Under the pieces are notes generated by a model. The model had not been told where the DNA came from. It saw only the letters and a list, made by a program, of their open reading frames with translations, and did no database searches. The position numbers were made by a program, and so were the translations under genes. A DNA stretch of 63,986 nucleotides, counting the filler, from Octopus bimaculoides (Eukaryota), in assembly GCF_001194135.2 (NCBI RefSeq). It is 5 parts of 4 records of this genome, joined end to end, with 100 filler letters (N's around TTAATTAATTAA, not from the genome) between each part and the next. Parts side by side here need not be neighbours in the genome. Positions count along the whole stretch, not along the records: positions 23,508 to 48,888 come from NC_068999.1; positions 48,989 to 56,855 come from NC_068983.1; 3 more parts are not named here. One strand, written 5' to 3'. Of this stretch, positions 36,205 to 49,550 are shown piece after piece; position 1 is the stretch's first letter, and every line of letters starts with the position of its first letter.

Positions 36205-37018
36205 AGATTTATCGATACAAAAAGATTTAAAATCATGTTAAAACAAATAATACCTTTAGTGATGAGGTTGAGAGACTTCAAAAGGAAATGAATACATAAT
36301 TAAACAGAAGGATTGGTGTCTCTTGTGTTATTTATATGGCGGGCTTGAATTATTTTAGAATCTCAGAGGAAAGAAAAACGCCACAAGACTTTTTCCAATC
36401 TTTAATGAAGCAAGTTAATTAAGGTGAGGTACACTTGAAACGTTTAGCTTTGGGATTAATTACTATATGCTTGTTGTTTTCTGTATTGTTTCAATAATTT
36501 AATATTTTCATGGTTCTTTTACGATACACTTGTTTTCCAAACATTTCTAATTGCATCTCTATTTTGAGTTTAAGAATGAGAAAAAAAGAATTGCATCATG
36601 TTCCTTAATCAAGTGTAATCTTCTTGTTTATGTTGTTGGTTTATCTGTTGTTTATTTAAAAGTTATGTCTATGAGATCAAATACGTTCAACTTGTGACTC
36701 TATCGTCTTTTTAAAGCTATCTCAAAATCCATTAACTCATTTTGACATTTTCGATATTATTTCGACTAGGTCGAAATCCCACGCTGAAGCTTCATTGATA
36801 ATACTCAGCGGATTGAGAGCCTAGCTGTGGTGGTAGAAGCCATTTCACAAAGGTGCCAAGCAACGGAATCGAAACCGGAACTGTGGAGCTTCTACGCGAG
36901 CTGACTGCCATGGTTGCGCCTATGTGTTATATGTATAAAAAGGGAGAGTGCAAGTGTGTGTACGCATAAGCACAAACACATATGTATATATACATATATA
37001 CATGTGTGTGTGTGTTTG

Positions 37019-37073
<55 letters not shown>

Positions 37074-37445
37074 GTGTGTGCATATCTGTGGGTATTATGT
37101 ACGTATGTATGAAACTCATATTTAGCTTTGTGTATGTTTGCGTTGATAGGAACGTAATACATAATGTGTAGAAAAATGTAGCGACATAAAGTGTGGTTAA
37201 TATCTCTAGCAGAAGTGAGGGGCAGACAACCGTAACTAGAACTGGTTGATGTAACAAAGACAGACCATATGGACTAAACATTGGGAGAGAGGGAAAGAGG
37301 GGGAGAGATAGAGAGATAGAGAGTGTGTGTATGCGTGTGAACGCTTAAAATCATGTGTGTGTGTGTGTGTGCATGTATGGGTGTGTTTATGTATATATAG
37401 AGAGTGAAAGAGAGAGAGAGAAAGATAGATATATGCATATATGCA

Positions 37446-37494
<49 letters not shown>

Positions 37495-38139
37495 NNNNNN
37501 NNNNNNNNNNNNNNNNNNNNNNNNNNNNNNNNNNNNNNNNNNNNNNNNNNNNNNNNNNNNNNNNNNNNNNNNNNNNNNNNNNNNNNNNNNNNNNNNNNNN
37601 NNNNNNNNNNNNNNNNNNNNNNNNNNNNNNNNNNNNNNNNNNNNNNNNNNNNNNNNNNNNNNNNNNNNNNNNNNNNNNNNNNNNNNNNNNNNNNNNNNNN
37701 NNNNNNNNNNNNNNNNNNNNNNNNNNNNNNNNNNNNNNNNNNNNNNNNNNNNNNNNNNNNNNNNNNNNNNNNNNNNNNNNNNNNNNNNNNNNNNNNNNNN
37801 NNNNNNNNNNNNNNNNNNNNNNNNNNNNNNNNNNNNNNNNNNNNNNNNNNNNNNNNNNNNNNNNNNNNNNNNNNNNNNNNNNNNNNNNNNNNNNNNNNNN
37901 NNNNNNNNNNNNNNNNNNNNNNNNNNNNNNNNNNNNNNNNNNNNNNNNNNNNNNNNNNNNNNNNNNNNNNNNNNNNNNNNNNNNNNNNNNNNNNNNNNNN
38001 NNNNNNNNNNNNNNNNNNNNNNNNNNNNNNNNNNNNNNNNNNNNNNNNNNNNNNNNNNNNNNNNNNNNNNNNNNNNNNNNNNNNNNNNNNNNNNNNNNNN
38101 NNNNNNNNNNNNNNNNNNNNNNNNNNNNNNNNNNNNNNN

Positions 38140-38180
<41 letters not shown>

Positions 38181-38838
38181 CATACATGTGCGTGAATGAG
38201 TGTTACACGCGGCTACACTTGCATACATGATCCCCGCGCGCGCTCACACACATACATACATATATATAATGCACTAATATTTGTATGCAAACATATGCAC
38301 TCACTTTCACGTCTCTCTCCTCTCTCTCTTTCTCTCTCTCTCTTTTCACGCATGCATACATTTGTGTAAGTATGTTTTTGTGTTATTCAGTATGTCTACG
38401 TAGATTGTGCCAATTCATTTATTACTTCCAAGCATTTACCTTAACATGTCCACAGTATTATATTGAATAACAAACTGATGAGTATTGCCTGGGAAACTCT
38501 TCAGGGTTCTATTGAATAATGAAACTCTGGAAAATTCTCTAGAAAATTTGGCGCATTTTCTTGTATAATGAGATACTTCTGAAAAATTATCTAGAAATGC
38601 TTACAGTACTCTCTTCCAAGAACAAGCTCTAAAACATCTTAGACTGGAATATCTTAACCTGGCCATCCTGCCTTTCTTGGATGCCTTGGGCTACATTGCC
38701 CAATGCGGTCATTTGTAATTAAAACATCATAGTGTGATTGCATTAGGAATCAGTACATGGTCTTTGGTGTTATGATTTTTTAGTCCCATTTTGGTGGTGA
38801 TGGAATACATATATTATTAAAAACGTTCCAGACACCTG

Positions 38839-38877
<39 letters not shown>

Positions 38878-39363
38878 NNNNNNNNNNNNNNNNNNNNNNN
38901 NNNNNNNNNNNNNNNNNNNNNNNNNNNNNNNNNNNNNNNNNNNNNNNNNNNNNNNNNNNNNNNNNNNNNNNNNNNNNNNNNNNNNNNNNNNNNNNNNNNN
39001 NNNNNNNNNNNNNNNNNNNNNNNNNNNNNNNNNNNNNNNNNNNNNNNNNNNNNNNNNNNNNNNNNNNNNNNNNNNNNNNNNNNNNNNNNNNNNNNNNNNN
39101 NNNNNNNNNNNNNNNNNNNNNNNNNNNNNNNNNNNNNNNNNNNNNNNNNNNNNNNNNNNNNNNNNNNNNNNNNNNNNNNNNNNNNNNNNNNNNNNNNNNN
39201 NNNNNNNNNNNNNNNNNNNNNNNNNNNNNNNNNNNNNNNNNNNNNNNNNNNNNNNNNNNNNNNNNNNNNNNNNNNNNNNNNNNNNNNNNNNNNNNNNNNN
39301 NNNNNNNNNNNNNNNNNNNNNNNNNNNNNNNNNNTTTTTCTTCTTCTTCTTCTTCTTCTTCTT

Positions 39364-39443
<80 letters not shown>

Positions 39444-39585
39444 CATTTTTCTTTTGATTTTGTTTCTTGCTGGGTGTCTTCCCGATACCTAGGACAAAGA
39501 AGCTGTATACATTGGTAGGCCATTAAAATAAACACACCAGATTGTCTATTTACAAATTCAAGCTATGTGATAAAAAAAATTGGGC

Positions 39586-39616
<31 letters not shown>

Positions 39617-39699
39617 AAAAGCATAGAATAAAAATAAAGAATAGGGGGAAAGACCGAAAAAGAAAACAAAGAAAATAAAGGGGATAAAAAGAAAGAAAT

Positions 39700-40150
39700 T
39701 TCGCGGTGACAGTGTTCTTCTCAATTCGTTAAAGCAATCTTTTGCATTTTATGCATGAATGGTAAGCCAGATATCTTCCTTTTTTTATTATTCTAAGTGT
39801 TCCTACAATCACTGGTATTGTAACCGTCTTGAGATGCTACATGTTTTCGATTTCAATCAGCAAACCTTTATATCTTCTGAGCTTATCAAATTTTTTTGCC
39901 GAGATATTATGATGACAGTGTATGCTCATTTCAATCAATAAACAGACTTTATTATTTTGGTCTTTCACAACAATATTTGGTTTATTACCTCTGATGGTCC
40001 GGTCTGTATATACTGGAAAATCCCAAAGAATCGTTACATTTTCTCTTTCAGTTACAGCCTCAGGGTGGTGATTTTACTATTTGTCAGCAGTTTTAATTTT
40101 AGAATGTCGACATATCAACCAGTGTAGATAATGACCAGTTTTGTCATATC
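39700..40150 (-). mobile_element. R4/Dong-type C-terminal (zinc knuckle tail plus REL endonuclease) fragment
   Basis: RYDKTGHYLHWLICRH..HPEAVTERENVTILWDFPVYTDRTIRGNKPNIVVKD..CLLIEMS..KFDKLRRYKGLLIEI..TIPVIVGTL. It is absent from the ORF track because of stops. Confidence 0.85.
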
Positions 40151-40154
40151 TTGA

Positions 40155-40365
40155 TATGCGGAAAGCTGGCAGAATCGCAAGCACACCGGGCAAAATGCTT
40201 AGCCACATTTCATCCACCTTGACTTTCTGAATTCAATTTCCGCCGAAATCGATTTTGCTTTTCCTCTTTTCGAGTCGATGAAATAAGTACCAGACAAGCA
40301 TTGGGTTCGATGTAATCGACTTACCCCTTCTCAAAATTTCAGGCTTTGTACCTATAGTAGAAAGG

Positions 40366-40432
<67 letters not shown>
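40155..40432 (+). mobile_element. SINE family A with (ATT)n tail
   Basis: gaaagctggcagaatcgcaagcacaccgggcaaaatgc...gtagaaagg(att)n. Confidence 0.85.
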
Positions 40433-40434
<2 letters not shown>

Positions 40435-40789
40435 TGTATATTTTAGAAAGGATTGACGTAACTCTTCACAAATGTAAACAGTCAAGACGAAGAGCGCGAT
40501 TCGATTGTAATAGATATTTTAGTAGTTGAACGATACTTCAACAGTACGTTTGTCTTGGTCAAGTTCAAAATAAGAAGTGATCAAAATTCAAAATTATAGA
40601 AATTTAAACGTAAAGTATGAAAGAGAGCAACCAGCGTCCACACGTTGATGGAATGACATCACCAGTTTTTAAGTTACAACTTTATAACAGGCGAAATGAA
40701 AAAGACAGAAAAAAGCAGAAAAAAAGACGACAGAAAAGAAGGAAAGAAAAGGAGAGAAAGAAGAATATCTAATCAAACAAATTTGTATA

Positions 40790-42200
40790 AATTTGATGAT
40801 ATTCTCCTGTCATCCTATTCATTCCTTCAGGGTGTGCTGTTAATAACCCACAAACATATTTCTCCTAATACATTCTGAGAAGTGAAAGTGAAGCAGATTC
40901 AGAATATTTTCTGAGAATATGCACTTTCAAGTTTTCTTCAAAATTGCAGCCGCTTAAAACGAAATGTTCGGCAAGTTTTGTCGAACTACTATTATTGTGC
41001 CTGACGTCGAATCTGTGCCCATTAAACCTTTTGTTTAATTGTTCTGTTGTACAACCAACATAAATTAAGTTGTTTCGTGCATTCTGCAGCGTACACAAAT
41101 GGGAATCTTTACATGTTCCACATTCTGTATAAATCATAACATTTCTGTTATGATTTTTGATGGAATTCCCTTCACTCATGTTGTTGCACAATGAACAGGG
41201 CGTACCTCTCTTGCGGCTGTTCTTTAAGGTACAGCATGCAGATGATCCAATGTTCGTTTTCCTGGAGTCAGAAATAGAGGTCAATAATTCTCTTATATTC
41301 TTATTCCGTCTAAAGGCTACAATAGTCAGCCGAGGAAATATATGTTTGAAGCGAGGATATGCTTTCGTCACATGCTGGTAACTTTCATGCAACACTTTTG
41401 AAATGCCAGCGAAATGTCGGTGCCAGCTAATCACTAAAGGAATTCTGTCATTTATTGTATTGTGTTTACTAAAATTATGCGTGTAGGTTTGACTATGGCG
41501 CAACCCTTCGTCTGGTGATAAAATCTTTGTCTAAACTTCATTGTGTTACTTTCTAACAGAAACCTCAATAATCTACAAAGTAAATTTGATGGAATACTTT
41601 TGTTTGACCGCTTTTCGAAGGCATCCATGCATGCTTCTACCCCTTCATTTTGCTCAATATTGGGATATAAAGAAGAAACATCCATGGTTACAAAAAAATA
41701 AAAAAATAAAAACAGTTCTCGATACGGCCTCGGTGCTTAAAAAAGTTGTTGATTTTAGATACAATATCAAAGGAATCCCGAATATAAGAACTTGATCGTT
41801 TGCGACGGGGAGTAGAAAGCCATTCAGTCATTCCGAAATTTTGACCGTGCAACATTCATATCCGCTGCAAATTGGGAGCATTGGAGGAAATATTTCGAAC
41901 TTTTTGTGTATTTTAGGGAGACCACAAAATACAGGTGTTCTTCATTCTGACCTTTAAAACTTAGATTCAGCCTTACTAACGAAATTGTTTTCCTCCATTT
42001 CCAGAATTATTTTGTCAAGTTCCTCTCTGAAATTAGCGTTTGGATCGACAGGTAATTCTTCATATGAAGTTTTGTCATTTAAAACGTCTTCACAAGCCGA
42101 AATATACTCACTTTTGTCCATAATTACGATAGCGCCTCCCTTATCCGCCATCTTAATAACAATAGAATCGTTATTAGCTAGACGCCTGAGTACGTAACGT
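40790..42200 (-). mobile_element. Penelope-type element: RT N-half plus GIY-YIG, with internal deletion of the RT core
   Basis: IVIKMADKGGAIVIMDK..GLPKIHK..MDVSSLYPNI..YHQTKGCA jumps to RIPLVISWH..VAFRRNKNIRELL..IYVGCTTEQLNKRFNGH..LAEH..HPEGMN. Confidence 0.9.
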
Positions 42201-42205
42201 TGGGA

Positions 42206-42280
<75 letters not shown>

Positions 42281-42377
42281 GCCATTATTATTGCTGTCGT
42301 TGTTGATGTTACTGTTGTTAAAAATGTTGCACTTTGTCAAAGAAATGTATGTTTTTATACCCATATACATACTTACA

Positions 42378-42600
42378 CAGTTAACGTGCAGGATGATATG
42401 CTTAACGGTATTTCGCCCGTCGCTAGATTCTGAGTGGTTCTATGTTAAGAAGTTTGCTTCCCAATGACATGGTTCAGGGTTCAGTCCCATGCGTGGCACC
42501 TTAGGGAAAGTGTCTTGTACTATAGCCGCGAGTCGACCAAAGCCTTGTTAGTGAATTTGGTAGACGGAAACTGAAAGAAACCCGCCGTACACACACACAG
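42378..42600 (+). mobile_element. SINE A head fused to or interrupted by a SINE B copy
   Basis: atgcttaacggtatttcgcccgtcgctagattctgagt, then ggttctatgttaagaagtttgcttccc...gaaactgaaagaaacccgccg. Confidence 0.7.
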
Positions 42601-43054
42601 ACATGCGTGTGTTTGTGTTAATAGTAGATATTAATAGAAAGGTCTATGATTAATATCATTCCACTCGCAAATATCCTAACTTTGATTTAGATATGATATA
42701 CACGGAAGTATATTACGCAACGTGACCTTCCTTTTTGAGAAGCGAATGTAATTGAAGTGCGAATATAATTCTACCTTGAGTCGACTGTGGTAACATATAG
42801 GTTAAAGCAATAAACTGGAGGTTGTTCGAGAAATTTAGACTAAAAAGATTTTTGGAAAACGTGTAGTAAGAAAACTATTGGTTTTACATAATATTTATTC
42901 GAGATTCTATAAGGTCATATTGCTTGAATAATTTAATTATCTGTTATTTATAATTATACTTGGAGATTGTTATATTTTGCTAATTAAACACAAGCACTAT
43001 ATATTTGGTTTTCATTTCAGCTATATTATTATTATTGTTCATGTTGTTTTTGTC

Positions 43055-43129
<75 letters not shown>

Positions 43130-43159
43130 GTTATTATTATTATTACTATTATAATAATA

Positions 43160-43374
43160 AAGGCAGCGAGCTGGCAGAATCTTTAGCGTGCCGGGCAAAA
43201 TGCTTAGCAACATTTCGTCTGTCCTTACGTTCTGTGTTCAAATTCCGCCGAGATGTACTTCGTCTTTCATCCTTCGGGGTCGATAAATTAAAGGCCAATG
43301 AAGTACTGGGGTCGATGTAATCGACTTACCCCTCTCCACAAATCCCAGGCCGTGTGCTTTTAGTAGAAAGGATC

Positions 43375-43420
<46 letters not shown>
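43160..43420 (+). mobile_element. SINE family A embedded in (ATT)n
   Basis: Full copy with (att)n on both sides. Confidence 0.88.
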
Positions 43421-43423
<3 letters not shown>

Positions 43424-43954
43424 TTCTTTCAAAGCTCTCTTGTCACACATCCTGTGACCTCTTCAGAGACTCTTTATCCCACGGGTCTTTTTTTGTTCGG
43501 CTTAGTCTCTTTTGCCTTTCTGCGGTGTGAATCCTTATGTGTTATTTAATAAATGGTAACAGGTTAGACATNNNNNNNNNNNNNNNNNNNNNNNNNNNNN
43601 NNNNNNNNNNNNNNNNNNNNNNNNNNNNNNNNNNNNNNNNNNNNNNNNNNNNNNNNNNNNNNNNNNNNNNNNNNNNNNNNNNNNNNNNNNNNNNNNNNNN
43701 NNNNNNNNNNNNNNNNNNNNNNNNNNNNNNNNNNNNNNNNNNNNNNNNNNNNNNNNNNNNNNNNNNNNNNNNNNNNNNNNNNNNNNNNNNNNNNNNNNNN
43801 NNNNNNNNNNNNNNNNNNNNNNNNNNNNNNNNNNNNNTAAAAGATCATGCAAAACAGATATGAATAAAAACACACGCACTATATATTTGATGTTAATTTG
43901 CTCAGCTTTATATTACATTAATCGTATACGATTATATGAATACGAAATATGATT

Positions 43955-44225
43955 AATGTAATATAAAGCTGAAGCAAAGTAACACCAAATATATAGTGCC
44001 TGTGTTTTTATTGGCTAAACTGGCAACATGACCATCCCCAAATACAACAATATCTGTTTCAACACACGAATTCACATCAAGAATCTTGCAAAACGAATAT
44101 ATAAACGGAAGATGTGTATAACTTGTTGCATTTGAAAATGCTGGAATTAGGAGGGTAAAGATTAGAATGGACGAGATTCTGAAGGAGAATATTCCGCTGA
44201 AGAACGAAATATGCATGAACATTCA
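43955..44225 (-). mobile_element. Copy of the repeat family forming the 32.7-kb fold-back
   Basis: The reverse complement reads gtgttgaaacagatattgttgtatttggggatggtcatg, matching 32667-32702. Confidence 0.6.
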
Positions 44226-44269
44226 GAATTATATTAAAGTCATATTAAAACGAGACCAAATGAGTGGCC

Positions 44270-44470
44270 GGAGTTTAACGTAAGTGTGAGCGTTTACTTA
44301 GTCGTTCAACCTTCAAGAAATAGCAGCCAGATCTCTTGCGCATCACATTTTAATGTCTTAGAAGGGAACATAATGCGGGGTAGACAATTTCTGGGGAAAC
44401 AGGTTGGCCATAGATAAAACCCCTTTGATCATATGACTAGTTAAACACAGCTAACGTAAGGGTAAACGAG
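44270..44470 (+). mobile_element. SINE-like family E, old copy
   Basis: agaaatagcagccagatctc...gtcttagaaggg...cctttgatcatatg. Confidence 0.5.
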
Positions 44471-44678
44471 ACAAAAATAATAGCATTAGGATCAACAACA
44501 ACTGGAATTTCAAACTAAATCCAACCTAACTTGGATGTATTGTTCATAACGCCGTCGACTGCGGGGATCATCCCGGAAACTCATTTCGTGTAGAAGACAG
44601 ATGCTAAAATTCATCAACATTTTCTCAATGTGCAGAATGCTACTTTCATCTTATAAGTATTTCTTTCTCCCTAACTCC

Positions 44679-44730
<52 letters not shown>

Positions 44731-45736
44731 NNNNNNNNNNNNNNNNNNNNNNNNNNNNNNNNNNNNNNNNNNNNNNNNNNNNNNNNNNNNNNNNNNNNNN
44801 NNNNNNNNNNNNNNNNNNNNNNNNNNNNNNNNNNNNNNNNNNNNNNNNNNNNNNNNNNNNNNNNNNNNNNNNNNNNNNNNNNNNNNNNNNNNNNNNNNNN
44901 NNNNNNNNNNNNNNNNNNNNNNNNNNNNNNNNNNNNNNNNNNNNNNNNNNNNNNNNNNNNNNNNNNNNNNNNNNNNNNNNNNNNNNNNNNNNNNNNNNNN
45001 NNNNNNNNNNNNNNNNNNNNNNNNNNNNNNNNNNNNNNNNNNNNNNNNNNNNNNNNNNNNNNNNNNNNNNNNNNNNNNNNNNNNNNNNNNNNNNNNNNNN
45101 NNNNNNNNNNNNNNNNNNNNNNNNNNNNNNNNNNNNNNNNNNNNNNNNNNNNNNNNNNNNNNNNNNNNNNNNNNNNNNNNNNNNNNNNNNNNNNNNNNNN
45201 NNNNNNNNNNNNNNNNNNNNNNNNNNNNNNNNNNNNNNNNNNNNNNNNNNNNNNNNNNNNNNNNNNNNNNNNNNNNNNNNNNNNNNNNNNNNNNNNNNNN
45301 NNNNNNNNNNNNNNNNNNNNNNNNNNNNNNNNNNNNNNNNNNNNNNNNNNNNNNNNNNNNNNNNNNNNNNNNNNNNNNNNNNNNNNNNNNNNNNNNNNNN
45401 NNNNNNNNNNNNNNNNNNNNNNNNNNNNNNNNNNNNNNNNNNNNNNNNNNNNNNNNNNNNNNNNNNNNNNNNNNNNNNNNNNNNNNNNNNNNNNNNNNNN
45501 NNNNNNNNNNNNNNNNNNNNNNNNNNNNNNNNNNNNNNNNNNNNNNNNNNNNNNNNNNNNNNNNNNNNNNNNNNNNNNNNNNNNNNNNNNNNNNNNNNNN
45601 NCAACCACACATTTACAAACACTGGGAATTCTCTTAACCCAAAACGTCTTGTTGCTTTGTTAGCGAACGGTTTGAACTCTTTTAAGAGCTTAAATAAAAC
45701 ACTTAGAAAAAGACATACATATATATATATATATAT

Positions 45737-45775
<39 letters not shown>

Positions 45776-46006
45776 TGTATGTATATCCCACCTCACCCCG
45801 TTCTAACACCCTCTCAATTTTCACTTTAACATAGAAATCAGTTGAGGTTACGGTTGTTGAATAATTTTGATTTCAAAATTATTTACATAGGGAAACATAG
45901 ACACACGCATACATACTTACATACATATATGCATAAATATATATGAATATATATGTGCATATAAATCCATAAATATGTATTACATATGCATATATATATG
46001 TATGTA

Positions 46007-46070
<64 letters not shown>

Positions 46071-46584
46071 TTGTGCTATATCGGATCACTTGTCGGTATT
46101 CGGTGATTAGGGGAAGCGATTAAAGCCATTTTCTTTGAATTAAAAAAACTTTAAGATTAAGTTTTCTTAATCAAACGCTCCATTACCAAAATGTATGAGC
46201 GGAACCGTCCTTTTTTCCATTGATACTGCTGATATACATACTCTTACACATACATACTCTTACGCATACATTTGCTTACACAGGAACACGAACGTGTACG
46301 CACATACACACACACACACAGAGGCATATATGCACGTACACACACAACCCCACACACGCACATACACACAAACACACACTAACCTACAGCTCTCGACACA
46401 CATACACACATACAAGCTCATTTTACTCTTATATAGTTACTTTATATTTCCTGATTATATTTTGAAGTATTATGAGAATATTAAATAAATGTGTGTGTGT
46501 TGTGTATTTCTATATATGTATGCATGTATATACATGTATATATATATTTATATAAACACATATATGTATGTGTATATATGTATG

Positions 46585-46631
<47 letters not shown>

Positions 46632-47167
46632 NNNNNNNNNNNNNNNNNNNNNNNNNNNNNNNNNNNNNNNNNNNNNNNNNNNNNNNNNNNNNNNNNNNNN
46701 NNNNNNNNNNNNNNNNNNNNNNNNNNNNNNNNNNNNNNNNNNNNNNNNNNNNNNNNNNNNNNNNNNNNNNNNNNNNNNNNNNNNNNNNNNNNNNNNNNNN
46801 NNNNNNNNNNNNNNNNNNNNNNNNNNNNNNNNNNNNNNNNNTGTGTGTGTGTGTGTGTGTGTGTTCGCCCTTCTGTGGTTACATTTATTGAGACTGTTAA
46901 AGCTTTCCTTGGCAAGGAAACCGATTTTCATCGTGCAATAGAATTTCTGTACCACGTAGTCACATCCCATCACTGAACTGTAGCAAAAGGCCGTGTATGG
47001 TCAGAAAAGGTGGGCAAGCCCTTCCCTGTACGATAGCAAACGAAGTCATTTTTGTGCTGTCATATATGGCTTATTTAACATAATTCACACGTTTTATTAT
47101 TATTATTATTTTTGTTCTATAACTGAATAATAAAATCAATATTATTTCTGTCTTCGGTAAAGGTATT

Positions 47168-47345
47168 GAACTGGCGGAATCGTTAAGGTGCAGGATGGAA
47201 TGCTTAACGGTATTTCTCCCGTCGCTACGTTCTGAGTTCAAATTCCGCCGAGTTCGACTTTGCCATTCATCCCATTGTAGTCGATAAATTATGAACCAGT
47301 GAAACACTGCGGTCGATATAGTCGACTAATCCCCACTCAACAAAT
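47168..47345 (+). mobile_element. SINE family A
   Basis: gaactggcggaatcgttaagg...ctacgttctgagttcaaattccgccgag...gtcgactaatcccc. Confidence 0.85.
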
Positions 47346-47555
47346 TAGGAAGGACTGTTACTATCTTCGGTCCAGAAGTCAGTAATTATTTTTTAATGTA
47401 ATCGAACTGATGCAAGATCGAATTCATTTGAAGTTCTTAGTATTCTGTAAAACAAGAAAATATTAATTTTTTCTCCCTATGTGTATGCCGCTTCGTTCCC
47501 TACTGAAATCAGCTGCCTTGGATTTCCATCTACGTTGATGCGCTGTTTCCTGCAG

Positions 47556-47640
47556 ATTTGTCTGAAACCCAAACAACTGAAGAAAGCCACCAAAGAGATA
47601 AATATAACAGCTGGAACCTGTCTCTGGTCGACAAGATAAC
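47556..47640 (+). CDS. Candidate internal coding exon of unknown gene (85 nt, phase 1 to 2)
   Basis: Acceptor ctgtttcctgcag| and donor |gtaagc. Only one frame is open: (D)LSETQTTEESHQRDKYNSWNLSLVDKI(T). No homologue recognised. Confidence 0.3.
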
Positions 47641-47716
47641 GTAAGCGGAATCCTATCGTAGGTGAAGACTAGTTGAGTCCTCGGTGCCCCACTTAGGCAA
47701 AGCATTCAGACTAAGG

Positions 47717-47994
47717 TAAAGTAAAAAAAAGAAGTTAAGGTTACCTTCTCGAGTCATACCGAGAAGTTAACTCATAAGGGCTGGTTTCTCAGACTAAGGA
47801 GCGTAGATATTCCCCACCTGGACGGGACACCAGTCCGTCGAAGAATTACTCACTTTCGCTAGCTGAGTGGTCTGGAGCAACGTGAAATGAAGTGTTTTGC
47901 TCAAGAACACAACGCATCGCCCAGTACAGGAATCGAAACAACAATCTTACGATCATGAATCCAGCACCCTAACCACTAAACCACGCACCTCCAC
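47717..47994 (-). mobile_element. tRNA-derived SINE family C with 12-bp TSD
   Basis: The minus strand reads gtggaggtgcgtggtttagtggttaggg...gtttcgattcc...gacggactggtgtcccgtccagg. The TSD ttcagactaagg lies at 47705-47716 and 47995-48006. Confidence 0.88.
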
Positions 47995-48988
47995 TTCAGA
48001 CTAAGGGACGAAATACTTGTGAGTCTGAGATGCCTACTGATGATAAGGAAGAATTTCCCACTTTGCAATTGATTTAGAAGAAGAGCTTCGAAAGCGTCTG
48101 AAGGATCCCTGTAGTTTCTGCATGGGGCAAAGTATCTCCGATGTTTCTCTCATTTATAAGCAAAAGTTTCGGTTCATATTAGGTTAAAACTAAATAAGCT
48201 ATTCTGTTTAATCTTCTGCAGTCACCAGAAAATGCGTGTTTCGATATTATTGTAGTTCATTAGCAAAGATCGTGAGTCATAAGTGAATTAAAGTTGCCAA
48301 AATGATATCATCCCCAGGTATTGACCCACAGCCTAAGAGGATTCACGTAAACTGATTGCAAAACCACCGAACAGATTGTAAATGTAATTCAAAGGTCCAG
48401 CTTTGTTACACTGCGTCTCAGTGATTCTTCTTGAGAATTGCATTAAAGGTAGCATATGTATGTGGAATACTTCAAAAATTATATAATATTAATTTAGTGA
48501 GTCGGCAGGTCAGTCGATGCAACAATCTGACGCGCTCATACCTCGTTCTCGAAGTGTTCGAACATGCATAAATACATGAAAACATATATATGCCAATGCA
48601 CGCGCGCGCGCACACACACACACACGCACAGACAAACAAAAACACACAGACAAATACACACACATGCATACACACACACATATATATACATTCGTGTGGC
48701 AGCTGATGAAGGGGATGTTTCTATGAGGCCTGCTTGTTTGTTGCACCTTGTTTACCATTTTGTCCTTGTTCTTTTGCCACGTCACGTACCCAGTTATGTA
48801 TCTATATGTACATGTAGATGAACGTATATACATACATGTACATATATATGCATATACTCATATATTGTTTATATATATATATATATATNNNNNNNNNNNN
48901 NNNNNNNNNNNNNNNNNNNNNNNNNNNNNNNNTTAATTAATTAANNNNNNNNNNNNNNNNNNNNNNNNNNNNNNNNNNNNNNNNNNNN

Positions 48989-49035
<47 letters not shown>

Positions 49036-49179
49036 TGATAGGAATAGAGATGTATAAGAAAGAGAGAGAAGATAACTTAAGAAAGAAAACAAAATGAAAA
49101 TGAAAAGAAAAACGAAAAATATATATCACGGAAAAGAGAGAGAGAGGGTGAGAAACAGAGAAACTAAGAGAGAAAAGTG

Positions 49180-49325
49180 AAGGAGAGAAGATAGGATAAG
49201 AATAGAGATTTTTGAGAAAGAGTGTAAATCGAGGTGACTATGAAGGAGGTTCTCAGTATGTAAATAAATTAAACTATTGTGTGAAAGAAACTATCTCAGG
49301 CAATAAAAGTGAGATGGAAGAGAGT

Positions 49326-49405
<80 letters not shown>

Positions 49406-49550
49406 GTGATAAGAATAGAGATTTTTGAGAAAGAGTGTAAAACGAGGTGACTATAAGGGAAATTGAGTGAAAGCTTTAGTAAAAGGGACGATTTTCACCT
49501 TAGGTTCTCAGTATGTAAATAAACTAAACTATTGTGAGACAAACGATTTT
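49180..49550 (+). repeat. Local direct duplication of about 110 bp separated by (GA)n
   Basis: gataagaatagagatttttgagaaagagtgtaaa.cgaggtgactat...aggttctcagtatgtaaataaa occurs at about 49195 and about 49407. The second copy carries roughly 40 extra bases. Confidence 0.85.
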
